From Mobula hypostoma (Eukaryota): a DNA stretch of 64,000 bases. The stretch lies in contig NC_086109.1 of the NCBI RefSeq assembly GCF_963921235.1, forward strand, positions 868,001-932,000, given 5' to 3'. The notes beneath the pieces are model-generated. The model worked only from the letters and a program-made list of their open reading frames with translations. It was not told the origin of the DNA and ran no database searches. Numbering within the stretch: position 1 is the first letter of the stretch; every line of letters starts with the position of its first letter. The position numbers and the translations under genes were made by a program. Below are positions 24,701-37,299 of this stretch, piece by piece.

Positions 24701-26745
24701 GGGGTCGGAGGTGGGGAAAGGGACCAGAAGGTGTACAGAGAGGAAAGCCGGTGGGGGGGAAGGGAGACCGGGAACGAGGGAATGACGGTAGGGAGGGAGA
24801 AGGCGACAAAGTGGGTGGATGACAGAGGATGGAGGAAGCGGTGAAAAGCTGGGAGGGAGGGTGAGGGGCAAAGAGAGGCTAGGAGGGAGGGTGAGGGGCA
24901 AGAAGAGAGAGGAGGGGAAGCAGGGTGAGGAGGGAGGGAGTTTGGGAGGAGAGGGATGAAGGCAGGAGGAAGGTATGAGGCAGAGAGGACGGAGGTGGGG
25001 GAAGGGAATAGTAGTTGAGGGAAGCATGGGGGAGGGATTGGGAGAGGGAAGGGGACGGGAAGTAGTAGGAGTGGAGAGGGATGTGGAATGGCAGATGGGA
25101 AGAAGGAGGAGGGGAGGGGAAGGAGGAGAAGAAGGAGGTGGAGGGGAGAATGGGGATTGGGGGAAGGGAAGGGAGGTGAAGGAGGGGGAAACTGAGGGAA
25201 GTGATGGGGATTGGAGTGAATGGAGTGGAGGAGAAGGACAGGGTGTAGAGGGAAGGGCAGTGGTGAAACTGGAGAGGGATCAAAGGAGGTTCACAAAAAT
25301 GATTCCAGGATTGAATGGCTTGTCACATGAAAAGTGTTTGATGGCTCTGGGCCTGTATTCACTGGAATTCAGAAGAATGAGGGGAGACTCCATTGAAATC
25401 TATCAAATGGTGAAAGTCCTTGATAGAGTGGATGTGGAGAGGATGTTTCCTTTGGTGGGAAAGACTAAGGCCAGAGGACACATCCTCCGAATAGAGGGGC
25501 ATCCTTTTAGAATGGAGATTAGGAAGAATCTCTTTCGCCAGAGAATGGTGAGTCTGTGGAATTCTTTGCCACAGGTGGCTGTGGAGGCTAAGTCTTTATG
25601 TGTATTTAAGACAGAGGTTGATAGATTCTTGATCGGTCAGGGCATGAAGGGATACAGGGAGAAGACAGGAGATTGGGGCTGAGAGGAAAATTAGATTAGT
25701 CATGATGAATTGACAGAGCAGACACAATGGGCCAAATGGCCTAATTCTGCTCCTATAGATTATGGTCTTATCATCTCATAAAAAAGAGAGAGGAAGAACT
25801 GAAGAAGAGGGAGGGAAGGGAAAGGAGATGGGGTGTTGAAGGTGGAGAGAAATGGAGACAGTGTGAGAGGAGGGAAGGACGAGAGAGGGGTTGAAGGTGG
25901 AGGGGATGGGAAGAGGGGTGTGACGGGAAAGCAAAACAAGGGATTGCGGAGGGGAGGGAGAGGAAGGTTCTGAGGGGAAAAGAGGGGAGGAGAGGGAGGG
26001 AAGGGGAGAGGGGTGGAAGGAGGAGTGGAGGGAAAGGAGAGGCAGAAGAAGGGTTGGCAGGGAGGAGGGGTGGGAGTTAGGGGAGAGGAAGGGTGGGAGG
26101 GAGGGGAGAGAGGTGGTGGGAGGGGTGGGAAGAGGGGAGAGGCATGAGGGGATTGAGAGAGTGTGGGAGGGAGGAGGGGAGGGAGTGGGGAAGAGGCAAG
26201 AGGAGAGGAATAGGGGAAAGGTGAAAGGAGGGGTGGGTGGGAGGAGTTGTGGAAGGGAGGAGGGGAGAGGGAAAGATGGAAGGAGGGGTGGGAGGAAGAA
26301 GGGGAGCTGTAAGAGGAAGGAAAAAGAGGCAAAGGGGAGTGGGAGGGAAAAGGAGAGAGGCAAGGGAAGCAGTGGAAGGGAGATGGAGGTGAGGGAGGAA
26401 GGAGGGAGAGGCAGGAGGATGGGTGGGAGGTATGGGAGAGAGGGGGAGGTGGGGACTGGAGTTAAATGATGGGATGGAGCAGGAAAGAGGGGGACGGATG
26501 AAGGATGGGAGGGAGGAGGGGTGGAAGGCAGGAGTGAGGAGGCAGGAGGAGGGATGTGAGGGAGGAAGGGTGGAAGGGAGGAGGGTTGGGAAGAAAAGGG
26601 ATGAGGGGAGGAGGAGAGGCAGTAGGGAGGGTGGGAGGAGGGTGAGGCAGAAGGAAGGGATTGAGGGAATAGTGTGGGAGGGAGGAGGGGAGAGATGGGA
26701 GTATTAGTGGGAGGAAGGAAGGGAAGAGGGAAGAGGCAGGAGAAG
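24700..26745. repeat. G/A-rich low-complexity tract split by a plus-strand CR1 3' fragment (25262-25770)
   Basis: Purine runs; the insert encodes QRRFTKMIPGL...LGLYSLEFRRMRGD followed by a CR1 tail. Confidence 0.85.
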
Positions 26746-26747
26746 GA

Positions 26748-29700
26748 CCATACCATAGAAACTACAGCACAGAAACAGGCCCTTTGGCCCTTCTTGGCTG
26801 TGCTGAACCATTTTCTGCCTAGTCCCACTGACCTGCACACGGACCATATCCCTCCATACACCTCCCATCCATGTATCTGTCCGATTTATTCTTAAATGTT
26901 AAAAAAAGAACCCGCATTTACCACCCCGTCTGGCAGCTCATTCCATACTCCCACCACTCTCTGTGTGAAGAAGTCACCCCCTAATGTTCCCTTTAAACTT
27001 TTCCCCCCTCACCCTTAACCCATGTCCTCTGGTTTTTTCTCCCCTTGCCTCAGTGGAAAAAGCCTGCTTGCATTCACTCTATCTATACCCATCATAATTT
27101 TATATACCTCTATCAAATCTCCCCTCATTCTTCTACGCTCCAGGGAATAAAGTCCTAACCTATTCAACCTTTCTCTGTAACTGAGTTTCTCAAGTCCCGG
27201 CAACATCCTTGTAAACCTTCTCTGCACTCTTTCAACTTTATTTATATCCTTCCTGTAATTTGGTGACCAAAACTGAACACAATACTCCAGATTCGGCCTC
27301 ACCAATGCCTTATACAACCTCATCATAACATTCCAGCTCTTATACTCAATACTTCGATTAATAAAGGCCAATGTACCAAAAGCTCTCTTTACGACCCTAT
27401 CTACCTGTGACGACACTTTTAGGGAATTTTGTATCTGTATTCCCAGATCCCTCTGTTCCACTGCACTCCTCAGTGCCTTACCATTAACCCTGTATATTCT
27501 ACGTTGGTTTGTCCTTCCAACGTGCAATACCTCACACTTGTCAGTATTATACTCCATCTGCCATTTTTCAGCCCATTTTTCCAGCTGGTCCAAGTCCCTC
27601 TGCAGGCTCTGAAAACCTTCCTCACTGTCTACTACACCTCCAATCTTTGTATCATCAGCAAACTTGCTGATCCAATTTACCACATTATCATCCAGATCAT
27701 TGATATAAATGACAAATAACAATGGACCCAGCACTGATCCCTGTGGCACACCACTAGTCACAGGCCTCCACTCAGAGAAGCAATTCTCTACCACCACTCT
27801 TTGGCTTCTTCCATCGAGCCAATGTCTAATCCAATTTACCACCTCTCCATGTATACCTAGCGAGTGAATTTTCCTAACTAACCTCCCATGCGGGACCTTG
27901 TCAAAGGCCTTACTGAAGTCCATGTAGACAATATCCACTGCCTTCCCTTCATCCACTTTCCTGGTAACCTCCTCGAAAAACTCCAACAGATTGGTCAAAC
28001 ATGACCTACCACGCACAAAGCCATGTTGACTCTCCCTAATAAGCCCCTGTCTATCCAAATGCTTGTAGATTCTGTCTCTTAGTAGTCCCTCCAATAACTT
28101 ACCTACTACTGACGTTAAACTCACCGGCCTATAATTTCCCGGATTACTCTTCGATCCTTTTTTAAACAACGGAACAACATGAGCCACTCTCCAATCCTCC
28201 GGCACTTCACCAGTAGACAGCGACATTTTAAATATTTCTGCCAGGGCCCCCACAATTTCAACACTAGTCTCCTTCAAGGTCCGAGGGAACACTCTGTCAG
28301 GTCCCGGGGATTTATCCACTTTAATTTTCCTCAAGACAGCAAGTACCTCCTCCTTTTCAATCTGTACAGTTTCCATGGTCTCACTACTTGATTCCCTCAA
28401 TTCCATAGATTTCATGCCAGCTTCCTTAGTAAATACAGACGCAAAAAACCTATTTAAGATCTCCCCCATTTCCTTTGGTTCCGCACAAAGCCGACCACTC
28501 TGATCTTCAAGAGGACCAATTTTATCCCTTACAATCCTTTTGCTCTTAATATACTTGTAAAAGCTCTTTGGATTATCCTTCACTTTGACTGCCAAGGCAA
28601 CCTCATGTCTTCTTTTAGCCCTCCTGATTTCTTTCTTAAGTATTTTCTTGCACTTCTTATACTCCTCAAGCACCTGATTTACCCCCTGTTTCCTATACAT
28701 TTCATACAACTCCCTCTTCTTCTTTATCAGAGTTGCAATATCCCTTGAGAACCAAGGTTCCTTATTCCTATTCAATTTGCCTTTAATCCTGACAGGAACA
28801 TACAAACTCTGCACTCTCAAAATTTCCCCTTTGAAGGCTTCCCACCTACCAATCACATCTTTGCCAGAGAACAACCTGTCCCAATCCACGCTTTTTGGAT
28901 ACTTTCTCATTTCTTCAAATTTGGCCTTCTCCCAGTTCAGAACCTCAACCCCAGGACCAGATCTATCCTTGTCCATGATCAAATTGAAATTAATGATCAC
29001 TGGAACCAAAGTGCTCCCCTACACAGACTTCTGTCACTTGCCCTAATTCGTTTCCTAACAGGAGATCCAATATTGCATCCCCTCTAGTTGGTCCCACTAT
29101 ATATTGATTTAGAAAACTTTCCTGAACACATTTTACAAACTCTAAACCATCTAGACCCCTAACAGTATGGGAGTCCTAATCAATGTATGGAAAATTAAAA
29201 TCCCCTACCACCACATCTTTATGTTTCCTGCAGTTGCCTGCTATCTCTCTGCAGATTTGCTCTTCCAAGTCTCATTGACTATTGGGTGGTCTGTAATACA
29301 ATCCCACTAATGTGGCCATACTTTTCCTGTTTCTCAGCTCCACCCATAAGGATTCAGTAGACAAGCCCTGTAATCTGTCCTGCCTGAGCACTGCTGTAAT
29401 ATTTTCCCTAACAAGCAATGCTACTCCCCCACCTTTCATTCCTCTGCCTCGATCACATCTGAAACATCGGAACTCTGGAATATTAAGCTGCCAGTCCTGC
29501 CCCTCCTGTAGCCAAGTTTCACTAATTGCTACAACATCATAATTCCACGTGTCAATCCACGCCCTCAACTCATCCGCCTTCCCCGCAATACTCCTAGCAT
29601 TGAAATATATACACCTCAGAAGATTTTTACCACCACTCACAACCTTTCTATCAGCGGATTTGCTTAAACTTTCAACATCATTTATTTTCACCCCAGCCAC

Positions 29701-29893
29701 ACTGTCAGCTCTGGCACTCTGGTTCCCATCCCCCTGCAAATTTAGTTTAAAGCCTCCCCAATAGCACTAACAAACCTCCCTGAAAGGATATTGGTCCCCC
29801 TGTGGTTCAACTGTAACCCGTCTCTCTTGTACAGGTCCCACCTGCCCCAGAAGAGGTCCCAATGATCCTGAAATCTGAAACCCTGCCCCCTAC
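26748..29893 (-). mobile_element. Young, 5'-truncated CR1 LINE with almost intact ORF2 (APE endonuclease + RT)
   Basis: ORF1 C-terminus (DHWDLFWGRWDLYKRDG); APE region CIYFNARSI...ISETWL; 664-aa open frame 27015-29009 with [34 protein letters not shown]; 3' tail ending ...tttctatggtatgg. Confidence 0.96.
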
Positions 29894-29894
29894 A

Positions 29895-31600
29895 AGAAGC
29901 ATGACAGGGGATCCCATTGAAAGCTTTTGAATGTTGAAAGGTCTAGGCAGGGTAGATGTGGAAAGGACTTTTCCTATGGTAGGGGAGTCTAGGACAAGAG
30001 GGTACAGCCTCAGATTAGAGGGGTGTCCATTTAAAACAGAGATGTGGAGAAATTTCTTTAGCCAGGTGGAGGTGAATTTGTGGAATTTGTTACCACAGGC
30101 AGCTGTGGAGGCCTGGTCATTGAGTGTTTTTAAGGCAGAGATTGATAGGTTCTTGATTGGACACAGCATCGAAGGTTACAGCGAGAAAGCTGGGGAATAG
30201 GGTTGAGGGGGGAAAATGGATCAGCCATGATTGAATGGGAGAGCAGACTCGATGGGCCAAATGGCCTAATTCGACTTCTTTATCTTTTGGTCTTATGATT
30301 ATTAGTGATGAACTGTCAGTTACCAATCGATGCTAGCATGGTTCCGGTGGACTGAAAAACTGCAACTGTCACTTCACTCCTCAAGAAGGGAGAGAGGCAG
30401 ATAAAAGTAAATTATAGGCCAGTTAGTCTCACAACATGCTGGAGGAACTCAGCAGGTCGGGCAGCATCCATGGAAAAGATCGGTCGATGTTTCGGGCTGG
30501 AACCCTTCATCAGGACTGTAGAGGGAAGGGACAGAGGCCCTATAGAGAAGGACCGATCTTTTCCACGGATGCTGCCCGACCTGCTGAGTTCCTCCAGCGT
30601 GCTGTGAGTGTTGCTTTGATCCCAGCATCTGCAGGTTATTTTGTGTTAGGCCAGTTAGTCTGACCTCAGTGGTTGGGAAGATGTTGGAGTTGACTGATAG
30701 GCAGAAGGGCAGGTTGCCTTGAGGGAACAGAGAGGCTACAGGAGGACTTAGACAGATTAGGACAGATGGGCAAAGAAGAGGCAGTCGGAATACAGTGTCA
30801 GGAAGTGTATGGTCATCCAATTAGGTAGAAGAAATAAAAGCTTAGACTATTTTCTAAATAGAGAGAAAATTTGAAATTCTGAGGTGCATAGGGACTTGGG
30901 AGTCCTCGTGCGTGATTCCCTGAAGGTTAATTTACAGGCTGAGTTGGTGGTGAGGAACTTGAATGCAACATTAGCATTCATTTTGAGAGTACAAGAACAT
31001 AAGAGTAAGGATGTAATATTGAGGCTTGGTAAGGCACTGGCGAGGCCTCACTTGGAGTATTATGAGCAATTTTGGGCCCCTTATCTAAGAAAGGATGTGC
31101 TGACATTGGAGAAGATTCAAAGGAGGTTCACAAAAATGATTCCAGGATTGAAGGGCTTATCATATGAGAAGCACTTGTTGGCCTTGGGCTTCTACTCACT
31201 AGAATTCAGAAGAATGAGGGGGCTTCTCATCGAAACCTTTCGAATGTTGCAAGGCCTTAATAATGTGGATATGGAGAGGATGCTTCCTCTGGTAGGGCAG
31301 TCTTGGACCTGAGGACACAGCCTCAGAACAGTGGGATGTCCATTCAGAACAGAGATGAGGAGGAATTTCCTTCGCCAGAGGGTGGTGAATCTGTGGAATT
31401 TGTTGCCACAGGTGCCTGTGGAGGCCAAATCACTGGGTTTATTGAAAGCAGAGGTTGATAGGTTCTTGATTAGCCAGTGCATGAAAGGTTACGGGGAGAA
31501 AACAGGAAATTAGGCCTGAGAGAAATATTGGATCAGCCATGATGAAATGGCTGAGCAGATTCGATGGGGCAAATGGCCTGCTTCAGCTCCAATATCTTAT
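29895..31600 (+). mobile_element. Two plus-strand CR1 3' fragments (29895-30300; 30310-31600)
   Basis: SRTRGYSLRLEG, RPHLEYYEQFWAP, and CR1 tails. Confidence 0.85.
30430..30646. mobile_element. Penelope pLTR-derived fold-back mini-element with hammerhead motif
   Basis: 15-bp TSD taggccagttagtct (30415-30429 / 30647-30661); inverted arms; minus-strand agtc CTGATGA agggttccagccc GAAA catc gacc at about 30482-30517. Confidence 0.85.
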
Positions 31601-32207
31601 GGAAGTGGAGGGAAGGTGGAAGTGGGAGGGGCAGGGAGAGGGACAGATAAGGATAAGGGAGGTGAGGCAGGTGAAGGAAGGAAGTGGTAGTAGGAGGGGG
31701 AAGTCAGGGAGGGGGATGGAAGGAAGGGAAGAAAGAAGGAGGTGGTAGGGGAGGGGGAGGGGAAAGAGATGAGGAAGAAGGGAGTGGGGAATGGGAAAGG
31801 GAAGCAGATGGAAATCAGAGAGTCAATGAGCAGGGAGGGGTGGGGTTGGGAGAGGGAATGGAAAGAATTAGTGTCCGTACAGAACAATTACAGGTTGACC
31901 TAAAGATTGTGATCCAGGGTTTCAGATATACAAAGAATTAGATAGACAGTAGTGCACAGGGAGATGGTGAGGGAGGCAGAAAATTGAAATAGAGTGAAAG
32001 GACAGAGAGAAAAACAAGAACAGACAAAAAAACAGAAAAATAAGGACAATGGAAGAAAGGGAGAGGGGGCAGAGAGATAATCAGACAACCCCAGTCTGAG
32101 TCCTGTCCCTCCAATCCAGTACAGCTGACCAACCAACTCCTCTCCAGCCCTGAGAGGGTCACAAAAACCCCAGCATGGAACCCATCATCCACAGCAACCA
32201 CTTAAAC

Positions 32208-32590
32208 CATCATCATCATCATCAGGTGCCCTGCCATGCTGCCTTTCCTTTCTTCATCTTACTTATTGCATTACGAACTTCAGATTTTAAAATACTTGGC
32301 CCTTCAATGTTCTTCTTAATTTCTGATTTTTTGCCTTGATCGTCTTCAAACAATTCTTGAATATACTCAGTCCATCTGTTCATAATCTCATCTTTTTCCA
32401 TGATAATGGTACCGTCCTTTGCTTTCAAACATTCACCTGAAGAACAGAGGGGCTTTTTACCAGTGATGTTCTTGATTTGTTGATGTACGCTTTTTGGAGC
32501 AATAATAGGGATCTTTTAGTTGTTCACATTCCTGGTTTAACCTTTCTTCTTTGGCTTTTTGACATAAGCTTTTAACTTCTTTATCTAAGT
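32208..32590 (-). mobile_element. RTE (BovB-like) LINE remnant, internally deleted
   Basis: KAKDGTIIMEKDEIMNRWTEYIQELF...ILKSEVRNAISKMKKGKAA fused directly to a short 3' end with a (TGA)n tail. Confidence 0.8.
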
Positions 32591-32644
32591 ACTTACACCA
32601 TACACATGTTAATTCAGTTTCCTTCTTCCCACACTAATCTCACC

Positions 32645-32850
32645 TATGCCCCCCTACACCCCTCCCTGTCTCCATAATCCCCCCTGGTCCTTGCGCCCCG
32701 CTCCATCACTGTCACCCTCTCCAGCCTCTAAACCATTCCCTGTCTCCATAATCCCCTCCAGTCCCTACACCCCTCCCCATTTCTTCACCCTCTCCAGCCC
32801 CTACACCCCTCACTGTCTCTATTATTCCTTCCAGTCCCTACACCCTCCCT
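32645..32850. repeat. Degenerate C-rich minisatellite
   Basis: Recurring ccctacacccct...ctgtctc...ata.tccc..ccag units. Confidence 0.6.
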
Positions 32851-33024
32851 GATTCTGTAGCATCATCTTGTTCCTACACCATTCCCCACTGGTGTTCAGC
32901 TGGGACCAAAGATTCATTGGAAAGGGCCAATAAAAGTAACACAAGTGCAAGAGGAGCAGCCATTCTTTTGAGTGTGCCAGTTTTAGAGTGGCTTTGGCTC
33001 ATCAGGTGATGATGATAGATCATT

Positions 33025-33200
33025 TCGGATCTCCCCCTTCCCCTCCCACTTTCAAATCTCTTACGATCTCTTCTTTCAGTTAGTCCTGACGAAAGGTCTC
33101 GGCCCGAAACGTCGACTGTACCTCTTCCTATAGATGCTGCGGCGATTTTTATGTTTGTTGCTTGAAATTCCAGCATCTGCAGATTTCCTCATGTTTGCAT
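33025..33200 (+). mobile_element. Penelope pLTR 3' fragment
   Basis: Homologous to 36975-37170 and carries a hammerhead motif. Confidence 0.8.
33082..33117 (+). ncRNA. Minimal type I hammerhead ribozyme motif
   Basis: agtc-CTGACGA-a-aggtctcggccc-GAAA-cgtc-gact: helix I agtc/gact, intact core, palindromic ACGT helix III; helix II has one mismatch. Confidence 0.7.
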
Positions 33201-33744
33201 TTCTAATCCAGTTTACTACCTCATCCTGAATGCCAAACGACTGAAACTTATTGACCAATCTCCAATGTGGGCTCTTGCCTTACAACATGTAAACAACATC
33301 TACTGCCTTGTTTTCATTGGCTTTCCTGGTAACATCCTTGAAAAACTCTATAAGATCTGTAAAACATGATCTACCACGCACAAAGTCACGCTGACTATCC
33401 TTAATCAGTCCATGTCTATCCAAATATTAATATATCTAATCCTTTAGAATTACTTCCAATAACTTTCCCACAACTGATGTCAGGCCTATAATTTCCTGAT
33501 TTATGTTTAGAGCCTTTTTTAAACAGCAGAACAACATAAGCTATTCTCCAATCCTCTGGTAACTCTCCTGATGCTAAGGATGTTTTAAATATCTCTGCTA
33601 GGGCCCCGGCAATTTCTGCACTTGCATCTCGTAGGGTTCGAGGGAACACCTTGTTAGGCCCTGGGGATTAATCCACTCTGATTTGTCTCAGGGTAGCGAA
33701 CATCTCCTCCTCTGTAATCTGTACAGGGTCCATGAAGTTGATGT

Positions 33745-35240
33745 TCAAAGTTCAGAGGCTCAAAGTACAAAGTAAAACTTATTATCTGAGTACTTAATAT
33801 ACATGTCACCACATACAATCCTGAGATTCCTTTACTACAGGCATCCTTAGCAATCTACAGAACAGTAAATGTAAACAGGATCAATGGACAACAAACTGTG
33901 AAGATATCAATAGAAAATTTATCGCACAACACAGGCCCTTTGGCCCACAAAGCTGTGCCCTTCAGCCCACAAAGAAATAAAAATAAACAACAAGCACGAA
34001 ATAACACGATAAGAGAGTCCTTATATGGGTGTAGTTATTCCCTTTTGTTCAAGAGCATGATGATTGAGGGGTAGTAATTGTTATTGAACCTGGCGTTGCA
34101 AGTCCTGATGTATCTTCTATCTAATGGTAACAGTGAGAAACGAGCATGGCCTGCGTGATGAGGATCTCTGATAATGGATGCTGCTTTCCTCTGACAATGT
34201 TTCATGTAGATATGCTCAATGGTTGGGAAGGTTTTACCTGTGATGTATTGCCAAATCAATCCACTATCTTTTGTAGAATTTTCCACTCAAACGCCCATAC
34301 TAGGCCATATTGCAACCAGTCAGAACACTTTCACCACACATCTATAGAAGTTTGCCAAGGTCTTGATGACACGTCGAATCTCCGCAGATTCCTGAGGAAG
34401 TAGAGGCACTGCTGTGCTTTCTTCACAATTATATTTATATGCTGGGTCCAGGACAGGTCTTCTGAGATAGTGACACCCAAGATTTTAAAGTTACTGACCC
34501 TCTCCATCTCTGTTTCTCTAATGATTACTGGCTCATGGACCTCTGGTTTCCCTCTCCTGAAGTCTACAATTAGTTTCTTGGTCATATTGGGATTGAATGA
34601 GAGGATGTTGTTATTACACCACTCACCCAAGTTTTAATCTCCCTCCTGTATACTGATTCATCACTCCCTTTGATGCAGCCCACAACAGTGATGTCATCAG
34701 CAAACTTGTACGTGGCGTTGAGCTGTACTTAACCACACAGTCAGAGGTGTAAAGCAATTAGAGCAGGGGGCTAAGTACACATCCCTGTGGTGCTGCTGGA
34801 GATTGTGGAGGAGATGCTTTGCCATTCCAGACTGACTGGGATCTGCAAGTGAGGAAATCCAGGATTCAATTGCACAAGGGAGTATTGAGCCCAGGCCTTG
34901 GAGTTTACGGATAGTTTTGAGGGGATGATGGTGTTAAATGCTGAGCTGTAATCAATAAAGACCATCCTGATATATTAACCTATATGTCCAGGTGTTCTAG
35001 GGTTGTTTGAAGTGCCAGCAAGGAGGCATCAACTGTAGACCTGTTGTTTCAATAGGCGAATTGAAGTGGATCTAAGTCGCCACTCAAACAGAAGTTGATA
35101 TGCTTCAACACCAGCCTCTCAAAACATGTCACTACTGTGGATGTACTCTAAGTACCACTGGGCAATAGTCATTTATACAGGTTCCTACCATCTTCCTGGG
35201 TACTAGTATGATTGAAGTCGTCTTGAAGCACACACTGCCA
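33745..35240 (-). mobile_element. Rex1/Babar-type non-LTR retrotransposon, decayed
   Basis: FIDYSSAFNTIIPSKL, WCNNNILSFN..TKKLIVDFRR, KKAQQCLYFLRNLRRF, KAASIIRDPHH. Confidence 0.85.
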
Positions 35241-35985
35241 GAGCAAGTTGTCTGTATCCCTCTCCTGAGTAAATACAGATGCAAAGAATGCATTTAAGAT
35301 TGCCCATCTATTTTGGCTCCATACATGGATTACCATTCTGTTCTTCCAGTGGACCGATTTTGTCCCTAGCAGTCCTTCCGCTCTTAAGGTATCTGTAGAA
35401 TCCTTCACCTTGTCTACTAAAGCAACTTTGTACCTCCTTTTAGCCTTCCTGATTTCTTTCTTAGGAGTTCTCTTGCATTGCTTGTACTCCATAAGCACAC
35501 ATTTGTTCCTCCTTGCCTATAGCTGCTATGCACCTCCTTTTTTTCTCTTAACCAGTGCCTCACTATCTCTTGAAAACCAAGATTCCTGACATTCTTTACC
35601 TTTTATTCTGACAGGCACATATAAGCTTTGTACTCACAAAATTTGAAAGCTTCCCTCTTATCAAGTACACCTTTGCTAGAAAACAACCTGTCCCAATCCA
35701 CTCTTGCCAGATCATTTCTGATACCATCAAAATTAGCCTTTCTCCAATTTAGATTCTCAACCCACAGACCTGGACTATCATTTTGCATAATTTCTTCAAA
35801 ACTAATAGCATCGTGGTCATGGGATGCAAAATGTTCCCCGACACAAACTTCTGTCATCTGCCCTGTCTCATTCCATAATAACAGATCCAGTACCGCACGC
35901 TCTCTCATTGGAACTTCTATGTACTGATGAAGGAAACTTCCCTGAACAGATTTGACAAACACTATCCCATCTAGTTCTTTTACAG

Positions 35986-37170
35986 CAACACATAAAAATT
36001 GCTGGTGAACGCAGCAGGCCAGGCAGCGTCTATAGGAAGAGGTACAGTCGACGTTTCGGGCCAAGACTAACTGAAAAAAGAGATAGTAAGAGATTTGAAA
36101 GTGGGAGGGAGAGGGGGAGATCCGAAATGATAGGAGAAGACGGGAGGGGGAGGGATGGAGCCAAGAGCTGGACAGGTGATTGGCAGAAGAGATACAAGAG
36201 GATCATGGGACAGGAGGCTGAGAGAGAAAGAAAGGGGGAGGGGGGAATCCCAGAGGATGGGCAAGGAGTATAGTGTGAGGGACAGAGGGAGAAAAAATAT
36301 ATATATTATAATAATAAATAAATAACGGATGGGGTAGGAAGGGGAGGTGGGGCATTAACGGAAGTTAGAGAAGTCAATGATCATGCCATCAGGTTGGAGC
36401 CTACCCAGACGGAATATAAGGTCCAACATATAATTCTCCGTAACTTCCGCTACCTCCAACGGGATCCCACCACGAAGCACATCTTTGCCTCCACCCCCCG
36501 CTTTCCGCAGGGATCGCTCCCTACGCAACTCCCTTGTCCATTCGTACCCCCCACCCCTTCCCACCGATCTCTCTCCCGCCACTTATCTTTATAAGTGGAC
36601 AAGTGCTACACATACCCTTACACTTCCTCCCTCACCACCATTCAGGGCCCCAGACAGTCCTTCCAGGTGAGGCGACACTTCACCTGTGAGTCGGCTGGGG
36701 TGACATACTGCGTCCGGTGCTCCCGATGCGGCCTCCTATATATTGGCGAGACCCGACACAGGCTGGGAGACCGTTTTGCTGAACACCTATGCTCTATCCG
36801 CCAGAGAAAGCAGGATCTCCCAGTGGCCACACATTTTAATTCCACGTCCCATTCCCATTCTGACATGTCTATCCACTGCCTCCTCTGCTGTCAAGATGAA
36901 GCCACACTCAGGTTGCAGGAACAACACCTTATATTCTGTCTGGGTAGCCTCCAACCTGATGGCATGAACATTTCAGATCTCCCCCTCCCCATCCCACCCT
37001 CAAATCTCTTACTATCTCTTCTTTCAGTTAGTCCTGAAGAAGGGTCTCGGCCCGAAACGTCGACTGTACCTCTTCCAGTAGATGCTGCCTGGCCTGCTGC
37101 ATTCATCAGCAACTTTTATGTGTGTTGCTTGAAATTCCAGCATCTGCAGATTACCTCGTGTTTGCATTTT
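35986..37170 (+). mobile_element. Penelope-like element, 5'-truncated, with inverted 5' pLTR and GIY-YIG endonuclease region
   Basis: 14-bp TSD tagttcttttacag (35972-35985 / 37171-37184). 35986-36423 is an inverted copy of the 3' end. The plus part encodes FTCESAGVTYCVRCSRCGLLYIGET...RFAEH...VATHFN...LQPDGMNI. Confidence 0.93.
37030..37065 (+). ncRNA. Minimal type I hammerhead ribozyme motif in the Penelope pLTR
   Basis: agtc-CTGAAGA-a-gggtctcggccc-GAAA-cgtc-gact: all core nucleotides present, helix II ggg/ccc, predicted cleavage after GUC. Confidence 0.78.
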
Positions 37171-37299
37171 TAGTTCTTTTACAGTATGGGATTTCCAGTC
37201 AATACGTGGACAGTTAAAATCAGCTACTCTAACAATATTATGTTTCTTGCCCCAGTCTGCATTCACTTTCCAAAATTGTTCCTCTAAATCCTTAGGACT

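Larger units (their letters stand above)
33200..37290 (-). mobile_element. Decayed CR1 (33200-33745, 35245-35985, 37171-37290) interrupted by Rex1 and Penelope insertions
   Basis: Collinear ORF2 pieces: DFNCPRIDW, ERAVLDLLL, LNAFFASVFTQE, PEDWRIAYVV. Confidence 0.8.

Noticed and set aside
24383..26861. Long G/E/R-rich and P/S/L-rich ORFs
   Set aside because: Low-complexity purine tract plus a CR1 fragment
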